Assembly (NCBI GenBank): GCA_045863855.1
Contig: BTVV01000017.1
Span: forward strand, 15,278-79,277
Direction: 5' to 3'
Origin: Planctomycetota bacterium
GTDB lineage: Bacteria > Planctomycetota > SZUA-567 > H5-PLA8
DNA: 64,000 bases
The notes beneath the pieces are model-generated. The model searched no databases. It was not told where the DNA came from and was given only the letters and a program-made list of their open reading frames with translations. Every line of letters begins with the position of its first letter. Within the stretch, counting starts at the first letter, position 1. The translations under genes and the position numbers were made by a program. This document shows positions 56,316-64,000 of this stretch, piece by piece.

Positions 56316-58019
56316 ATGTTGGCATTGGGCGATACGGCGGAAGCACTGGCTTTAGGCATAAAGCTTTTTTTCGTGCCTGATGATTTCTCAACCCTTTACG
56401 GCTGGTTGGGCGTCATCTTCGGATTCTCCTCGCTGATCTTCGTGCACGAGATGGGTCACTTCCTCCTCGCCAAATGGAACGGCGTGCGGGTGCATGTCTT
56501 CTCGATCGGGATGGGGCCGTACGTACTTTCGTACACCAAGGGCGAGACGGTGTACGTGCTTTCGTTGGTGCCCATCGGCGGTTACGTAAAAATGGCGGGG
56601 CAGGACGATCTGCGCCCCGATCTGCCCGAGAACAAAGACCCGCACGACTACCGCAACAAGAAGCCCGGCCAGAAAGCCGCGATCCTGGCCGCCGGCGCAA
56701 TCTTCAATCTGATCTACGCCATGGTTCTCTTCACGCTGGCCTTCTACCAAGGCGTGGAAATGAAGACGCCGCGGGTGGGGGACGTAGTCCCCGATTCGCC
56801 CTTGGCGCAGGCCGAAGCCCTTGCCGAAGGCGACACCTACGTGCCGCGCCCCTTGCAGAAGGGCGATTTGATACTTTCGGTCAATGGCGAAGCCGTGAAG
56901 AGCGACATGGAAGTGCTGCTGGCCGCCGCCGGATCCGGCCCCGGCAACCCCGTCTGGATCACTTACGCGAGACCCCGTTACGGCGCCGACCAGCCCGAGC
57001 GCGATCCGGTTCGGGTGATTACGCGCAACGACGCGCGCTTCGGCGCGGCGACCATCGGCTGGTTCCCGTTCCTGGTCGAGCACCAATACCGCCTGGGCTT
57101 CGATGCGCCGATGCGCGTCTCGGTGGCCAGCGACCCGAAGGAAGATTCGCCCGCGGGCAAAGCGGGAATCAAGAAGGGTGACGTGCTCGTGTCGGTGGAC
57201 GGCGAAGCGCTGACCAATGTGCCGCAGTTGATGAACAAGATCCGTGCCGCCGAAGGTAAGCCGCAACAATTCGCCGTCATGCGCGAAGGCGAAACGCTCG
57301 ATATGACCATCGCGGCCGAAGAGATCACCGAGGGCGACAAGAAGGTCTACTTGGTCGGCCTTCCTTTGAATGTGTGCCATCCGGTGCTCAAGATCGATCC
57401 GGCCAGCGAAGCGTACGCGCTGGGCCTTCGCGAGGGGTACTGGCTCCGGGAAGTGAACCCTAACCGCGACGAGACCGCCATCACGCTCGCCTTTTACGAT
57501 CCGCTCGATCCGGAACGGACCGCTCAGAGCATCCGGATCAAGAACGACGGTTCGGGCCCGGAAGACATGGCATTAAGCATCTACCTGGAGCAGATGCATG
57601 TCGTGAAGGCCGACGGGGTTTTTGAGGCGCTTGGGATGGCCTGGGACGATCTGGTCCGGCACTCCGTCTCGGTTTTCACCATCTTGCGCGGCCTGTTGAC
57701 GGGCAACGTGAGCCCCAAGTCGCTCTCCAGCGCCGTGGGAATCGGCAAGGCGACTTTCGACGTCTCGATGGACTCGTCTTTCATGAAGTACCTTTGGTTC
57801 ATCGCGTTCATCTCGGTCAATCTGGGTGTCTTGCAGTTCGTGCCGATTCCGCTGCTCGACGGTTGGCACCTGCTGATGATTCTGGTGGAGAAGTTGAAGG
57901 GCGGCCCGGTGGCGCCGCGGATTCAGGAAGGGTTCCAGTACGTGGGGCTCTTCATCATTCTGAGTTTGTTGATTTACGCCACCAAGAACGACTTGATGCG
58001 CATCTTCGGTCAACCGTAA
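56316..58019 (+). CDS. rseP: RIP metalloprotease RseP (site-2 protease with PDZ domains)
   Basis: HEMGH, FSIGMG, PIGGYVKM, PDZ (DSPAGKAGIKKGD), PIPLLDG; follows dxr. Confidence 0.92.
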   Translation: MLALGDTAEALALGIKLFFVPDDFSTLYGWLGVIFGFSSLIFVHEMGHFLLAKWNGVRVHVFSIGMGPYVLSYTKGETVYVLSLVPIGGYVKMAGQDDLRPDLPENKDPHDYRNKKPGQKAAILAAGAIFNLIYAMVLFTLAFYQGVEMKTPRVGDVVPDSPLAQAEALAEGDTYVPRPLQKGDLILSVNGEAVKSDMEVLLAAAGSGPGNPVWITYARPRYGADQPERDPVRVITRNDARFGAATIGWFPFLVEHQYRLGFDAPMRVSVASDPKEDSPAGKAGIKKGDVLVSVDGEALTNVPQLMNKIRAAEGKPQQFAVMREGETLDMTIAAEEITEGDKKVYLVGLPLNVCHPVLKIDPASEAYALGLREGYWLREVNPNRDETAITLAFYDPLDPERTAQSIRIKNDGSGPEDMALSIYLEQMHVVKADGVFEALGMAWDDLVRHSVSVFTILRGLLTGNVSPKSLSSAVGIGKATFDVSMDSSFMKYLWFIAFISVNLGVLQFVPIPLLDGWHLLMILVEKLKGGPVAPRIQEGFQYVGLFIILSLLIYATKNDLMRIFGQP

Positions 58020-58033
58020 AGGGGAGGGCATCG

Positions 58034-59335
<1,302 letters not shown>

Positions 59336-59336
59336 T

Positions 59337-59672
59337 TTAGCCGCCGAAGAGTTCGTGTAATTCTGCCAGTAAGCGCCGCAAGCGCGGATAGACCGGCACA
59401 TCGCCCAGCGCTCCCGCTAAGCGTTCCAGCGTCAGCGTTTCCAACGCCTGTCCATCGAAGAACACTACGATCCGATCGGCATACGCATGGTGCCTGCCCG
59501 TGGCGTCGGGTGGCTCGAAACGAACGTTTTGGAAATAGTGCCGGCCGTCGCGTTCCGCCAATCTGAATCGAAGGGGGTCCAAGTCTTGAGATACGGCCGT
59601 GTCGCGCGCCCTGCTCGGCGCCGGTGCAGGCGGAGGCGTTGAAGCGCGTCGTGGTTGCGTCGAGAGCGGCAC
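59337..59672 (-). CDS. Hypothetical protein
   Basis: ORF fills the gap between convergent/divergent genes; GAGG upstream; candidate promoter nearby. Confidence 0.5.
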   Translation of the reverse strand: MPLSTQPRRASTPPPAPAPSRARDTAVSQDLDPLRFRLAERDGRHYFQNVRFEPPDATGRHHAYADRIVVFFDGQALETLTLERLAGALGDVPVYPRLRRLLAELHELFGG

Positions 59673-59747
59673 CAGATGGTCCTCGGTCTCGCGAACTCGG
59701 CTAATGACCCTCGTGCAGCTATCCTTAATAGTGCGACTGTATACCTA

Positions 59748-59776
59748 AAAGTATCCACCTGAATTTACAGAGTCAA
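59748..59776 (-). promoter_or_regulatory. Candidate sigma70 promoter
   Basis: Minus strand TTGACT-N17-TACTTT in an AT-rich intergenic region. Confidence 0.45.
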
Positions 59777-59918
59777 GCCGGGGGTGGCTTAAAACCCACA
59801 CTTCGTTGAATATTGATCGTTAAAAGCTTTAGGCGCATGTGCAATGTGGATAACGAGGCCCGATCTTGAGTTTTGAACCGCGCTTGACTCAACGCGCTTG
59901 GGCCACTAACCAAGCCCC

Positions 59919-61052
59919 ATGAACTCTGCATCGCACTCCGATTCCGGCGCCGCGCGCGTGGTGCGCGTTGAGCTAGGCGCGCGCAGTTATGAAATCCGTA
60001 TTCAGCCGGGCCTGTTGCTGAAGGTGGGCCAGTTGCTGGCTACGACCGTCAAGGCGCGCCGCGTGCTGGTAGTGACCGACCGCAACATTGGGCCTGTGCA
60101 CGGGCGCCCGCTGGCCAAGGCACTGCAAAGCGCCGGGATTTCCGGCGATCTGATCGAGCTTCCTCCTGGCGAAGGCGCGAAGACGTGGGAGGTTTGCAAG
60201 TCGCTCTACGACATCTGCTTCGATCAAGGGCTCGACCGCAGTTCGTGCCTCGTCGCGCTGGGCGGGGGCGTGATCGGTGACTTGACGGGCTTCGTCGCGG
60301 CCACCTTCATGCGCGGGATCGACTTCGTCCAGGTACCGACCACGCTGCTGGCTATGGTCGATGCGAGCGTGGGCGGGAAAACGGCCATCGATCATCCGCG
60401 CTCCAAGAACGGGATCGGCGCATTTCATCAGCCGCGCGCGGTCTTCATCGATTCGGATGCGCTCAAGACGTTGCCCGACCGCGATTTGAAGTCGGGTCTC
60501 GCCGAAGTGATCAAATACGGTGTGATCGAAGACGCTGCGTTCTTTGCCTGGATCGAACAAAACCTCGCGGCGCTGCTGGCCCGCGATCCGGAAGCGCTGA
60601 GCTACGCCATCGAACACTCTTGCCGCTCCAAAGCGCGCATCGTGGGCGAGGACGAACGCGAGAGCGAAGGCGGGAACCGCGCGCTCCTGAACTACGGGCA
60701 CACCTTCGGCCATGCGATCGAGGCGTGCCTCAACTACCAAGGCTACCTGCACGGCGAAGCCGTGGCGATCGGAATGGCCTTGGCCGGAGAACTGGCCCTG
60801 CGCCGCAAGCTCTGGAAGCCCGAAGAAGCCGAACGTGTCGAGAAGCTGATCCTGCGCGCCGGATTGCCGACCAAGCTGCGCCTGTCCGATCCGGCGCCGG
60901 AGTTGCTCCACGCGGCCACATTCAGCGATAAAAAGACGCGCGGAGGGCAGCTCCGTTTCGTATTGCCGACGGCCATCGGTAAGACGGCGGTATTCAAGGA
61001 CGTGCCCGAGGCCGAGGCGCTTAAGGTTTGGAAGGACGTTCCGCGCGCATGA
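59919..61052 (+). CDS. aroB: 3-dehydroquinate synthase
   Basis: GEGAK, ALGGGVIGDL.GF.AATFMRG, PTTLLAMVDASVGGKT, LNYGHTFGHA, HGEAV. Confidence 0.97.
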   Translation: MNSASHSDSGAARVVRVELGARSYEIRIQPGLLLKVGQLLATTVKARRVLVVTDRNIGPVHGRPLAKALQSAGISGDLIELPPGEGAKTWEVCKSLYDICFDQGLDRSSCLVALGGGVIGDLTGFVAATFMRGIDFVQVPTTLLAMVDASVGGKTAIDHPRSKNGIGAFHQPRAVFIDSDALKTLPDRDLKSGLAEVIKYGVIEDAAFFAWIEQNLAALLARDPEALSYAIEHSCRSKARIVGEDERESEGGNRALLNYGHTFGHAIEACLNYQGYLHGEAVAIGMALAGELALRRKLWKPEEAERVEKLILRAGLPTKLRLSDPAPELLHAATFSDKKTRGGQLRFVLPTAIGKTAVFKDVPEAEALKVWKDVPRA

Positions 61053-61115
61053 GGCGCGAAACGCTCCGCGCATTCCACCGTTGAGCCCGCCGCCCGCAGG
61101 GGCGAGAATAGCCGC

Positions 61116-62327
61116 ATGAGCACCGACGAACGCCGCGCCGAACGGCTGGCGACCTTGAGGCTGGTCCACGCGTCCAACGTGGGCCCCGTCACTTACCGCA
61201 AGCTCGTCCGGATTTTCGGTTCGGCCGAGGCGGTACTGGCCGCGCCTCAGGCGCGCCTGGAGGAAGTGCCGGATCTCGGGCGCAAGACCGCGCAGTCCAT
61301 CCGGCAAGCGGCCTCCGATGCCTGGGCCGAAGAGGAACTCGCGCGCGCGTCCGTCCGTGGCGTCACGATCCTGACGCTCGACGATCCGGCGTATCCCAAG
61401 CCGCTCTTGAATACCTACGATCCGCCGCCGGTCCTGTACGTGTCGGGCGAATTGCGCCCCGAGGACGCGCTCGCCGTGGCGATCGTCGGCACGCGGCATT
61501 GTTCGCCCTACGGCCGCAAGCAGGCCGAACGCCTGGCCGCGGGATTGGCGCTGGCGGGTTTTACGGTGGTCAGCGGTTTGGCGCGCGGCGTGGACACCAG
61601 TGCGCATCAAGGCGCCATGGACGCCGGCGGCGGACGCACGCTCGCGGTCCTGGGCACCGGTGTCGATCACGTTTATCCGCCCGAGAATTCGAAGCTGCAC
61701 GCGCGGATCGCCGGGGGCGGGGGAGCCGTTTTGAGCGAACTGCCGCTGGGCACGCCGCCATCGAGCGAGAATTTTCCGCGCCGCAACCGTGTCATCGCGG
61801 GGCTCGCGCTGGGCACCATCGTGATCGAAGGCTCGGCTACCAGCGGCGCGTTGATCACCGCGCGCTACGCGGTGGACATGGACCGAGAAGTCTTCGCCGT
61901 GCCGGGGCCGGTCGACAGCCCCAACTCGGCCGGGCCGCACCGTTTGATCAAGCAGGGCGCCAAGCTGATCGAGGATGTTGAGGACGTGCTGGCCGAACTG
62001 CGTGAAGTCGCTGCGCCGCTCGTGAAACTCCGGCCGCCCGACGAACGTCTGCGCTTGCCCAAGCTGGGCAAGGACAAAGAGCCGGCCGCGCCGTTGCTGG
62101 AGTCCGTTCCCGATGCGCGCCCCGCCGCCGCCGATTTGCGCGCGATCAATCTGAACCCGCGCGAGCAGGCGTTGTTCGGCATGCTCGATCCTCACGAACC
62201 GCGCGGACTCGACCGGCTGATCACCGAAAGCGGGCTCAAGCCCCACGAAGTCCTCGCCACCTTGATGGTGCTGGAAGTGCGCCGGCTGTGCCGCCAGCTT
62301 CCCGGCAAGCGCTTTGTGAAGGCGTGA
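61116..62327 (+). CDS. dprA: DNA-processing protein DprA
   Basis: YP..L....DPPPVLY, AIVGTR, VVSGLARGVD, FPRRNRVIAG, SGALITA, FAVPG; C-terminal winged helix. Confidence 0.96.
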   Translation: MSTDERRAERLATLRLVHASNVGPVTYRKLVRIFGSAEAVLAAPQARLEEVPDLGRKTAQSIRQAASDAWAEEELARASVRGVTILTLDDPAYPKPLLNTYDPPPVLYVSGELRPEDALAVAIVGTRHCSPYGRKQAERLAAGLALAGFTVVSGLARGVDTSAHQGAMDAGGGRTLAVLGTGVDHVYPPENSKLHARIAGGGGAVLSELPLGTPPSSENFPRRNRVIAGLALGTIVIEGSATSGALITARYAVDMDREVFAVPGPVDSPNSAGPHRLIKQGAKLIEDVEDVLAELREVAAPLVKLRPPDERLRLPKLGKDKEPAAPLLESVPDARPAAADLRAINLNPREQALFGMLDPHEPRGLDRLITESGLKPHEVLATLMVLEVRRLCRQLPGKRFVKA

Positions 62328-62456
62328 CCGACGGGCACTTTACCTCGATTAACCCACATGCTTAAGTGAGCCCTAGTGTATGCAGCACGGTAGTCAAGGT
62401 CTGGCAAGTATACGCCGATTAAGTTAAGCAATCGGGCCGGCCAGGGAGTATCGCTC

Positions 62457-64000
62457 ATGCGCACGATCTTGCCCGTCATGCTCTTCCTGACGTTGATCGG
62501 AAGCAGCTCACTTTGGGGTTACGGGGTCAACCACAACGGCGGGCTGCGGTCCGTCGAACGGCTGTCGCCCACCGAACTGGAACTTTGCTTCGGTCCGGCG
62601 ATTCGCTTGGCCTCCTTGGTGCCGCAGGATTTCTGGCATATCCAAGTCGTCAGCGCCACGGACACCGATTTCCAAAAAGGGATCGGCGCGGCCAAGGTCG
62701 AGGTGCTCGGCAGCGAAGAGGACGGTCCGTTTCCCGAAGGCTGGAGCGGCTCGCGCCCGCAGCGCCATCGCCTGAAGGTGACGCTGCCGGCCGATAAGCC
62801 CATGAAAGACGGGCAGCGCTACTGGCTGCGCGTCAATTCTTCTGGCATCGCCGCGCACAACAAGCGCGCGAAGTACGTCGTGGAGAAAGGCGCGGTGAAG
62901 CCGGAAGACCTCGATCCGCGCTACGGCCTGCGCGAACTCTACGCGCTTTCGAGCGCTGGGCTGCATATCGTCCTGGGCTCGGGCTTGGACGAGAAGAAGC
63001 TCGCCGATCCGACGCATATTAAAGTGACTTCGGCCGGCGACGGCGACTACAAGGCCGGCCGTTCGCCCACACAGATTTCCCGCCGCAGCAACCTGGACTA
63101 CTACATCCCCGACGGCTGGCCGTGGCGGTTCGCGCAGCGGCACGAGTTATTCCTGCTCTTCGATAAGCCCTTTAAGCAGGGTCAGCGCTACGAGCTGGAA
63201 TTGAATGCCAGGCCCGGCGCGCCGCTGACGTGCGGCGTCTCCAAGCAGTCGTTTGTCTTCGATGACCGCGCGATTCTGAATCTCTCCATCAAGATGAACC
63301 AGATCGGTTACCTGCCCGACGCCAAGGAAAAGTACGCGTACTTGGGCATGTGGATGGGCGAGCTGAATGCGTACGATTTCGGTCCCGAGGCGGCCGCGTT
63401 CGAAGTTCGCGACGCGCAGAGCCACGCTGTGGTGCTGCAAGGGAAGCCTGCGTTGCGGCGCAAAGCGACTTACACGCTGACGAACGGGACGCTTTCGCCC
63501 GATCCCAAGCAGACGCCGGGACCGGAAACGGTCTATAAGAACGATCTGAGCTACGAACACGTCTGGCAGCTCGATCTCTCGCCGCTCAAGGATTCGGGCG
63601 CGTATTACGTGGCGATTCCGGGGCTGGGCCGGTCATTCGAGTTCCGCGTCGCGCGTGACGTATACTTGGAGCCGTTCAAGATCGCCATGAGCGGGATTTA
63701 TCATCAGCGCAGCGGGATCGATATCAAAGCGCCGTACAGCGCGCACTACCAGCCTGCGGGGCATCGCAACGCCACCGAGTACAGCACGCAGCGCAAGAAG
63801 GAATTCGCCGACGAGAAGTTCGCCACCGACGGCAAGAAGCACGACCTTTGGGGCGGGCATCACGACGCAGGCGACTGGGACCCGCGCAGCCACCTCGACG
63901 TAGCCGAGATGCTCTTTCTGCTCTACGATCTGAACCCCACCGCGTTCACCGACGGTCAGTTGAACATACCCGAAAACGCCAACGGCTTTCCGGACGTGCT
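62457..64000 (+). CDS. Secreted glycoside hydrolase family 9 (Ig-like CelD_N plus catalytic domain), truncated by the window end
   Basis: Not in the ORF track because it has no stop. MRTILPVMLFLTLIGSSSLWG signal; IKMNQIGYLP; GIYHQRSG; WGGHHDAGDWD. Confidence 0.85.
   Translation, partial: MRTILPVMLFLTLIGSSSLWGYGVNHNGGLRSVERLSPTELELCFGPAIRLASLVPQDFWHIQVVSATDTDFQKGIGAAKVEVLGSEEDGPFPEGWSGSRPQRHRLKVTLPADKPMKDGQRYWLRVNSSGIAAHNKRAKYVVEKGAVKPEDLDPRYGLRELYALSSAGLHIVLGSGLDEKKLADPTHIKVTSAGDGDYKAGRSPTQISRRSNLDYYIPDGWPWRFAQRHELFLLFDKPFKQGQRYELELNARPGAPLTCGVSKQSFVFDDRAILNLSIKMNQIGYLPDAKEKYAYLGMWMGELNAYDFGPEAAAFEVRDAQSHAVVLQGKPALRRKATYTLTNGTLSPDPKQTPGPETVYKNDLSYEHVWQLDLSPLKDSGAYYVAIPGLGRSFEFRVARDVYLEPFKIAMSGIYHQRSGIDIKAPYSAHYQPAGHRNATEYSTQRKKEFADEKFATDGKKHDLWGGHHDAGDWDPRSHLDVAEMLFLLYDLNPTAFTDGQLNIPENANGFPDV

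Overview
High-GC bacterial chromosomal window, almost certainly from the PVC superphylum and most likely Planctomycetota. Evidence: the PVC-signature small basic protein, a MoxR-DUF58-BatA-vWA locus, and a planctomycete-like prfB frameshift context. About 55 genes, mostly housekeeping or metabolic: a Gld-like ABC exporter, rlmH, ispA-dxs, dxr-rseP, nagA, a thiolase/Hbd/crotonase/acyl-CoA dehydrogenase/B12-mutase cluster, glyA, prfB with its +1 programmed frameshift, aroB, dprA and a partial GH9. I saw no rRNA, tRNA, CRISPR array, transposase or integrase. The standout is a SAM-I-riboswitch-controlled sulfur-transfer operon: a threonine-synthase-like PLP enzyme, a ThiS/MoaD carrier, a ThiF/MoeB E1 enzyme and a cysteine desulfurase. 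In it the ubiquitin-like carrier's Gly-Gly is not C-terminal but is capped by an in-frame NIL (ACT-like) domain, which suggests a processed or regulated precursor in a protein-thiocarboxylate route to homocysteine. Other notable items are a three-part SHMT-GcvT'-GcvT fusion alongside a normal glyA, an abrupt synonymous-codon switch in the 3' half of ispA, a cI/LexA-like repressor lacking both catalytic residues, a mutase with isobutyryl-CoA-mutase signature residues, a secreted pyroglutamyl peptidase, and a decaying nucleotidyltransferase inserted in the moxR operon. All calls come from reading motifs by eye; no database searches were run.
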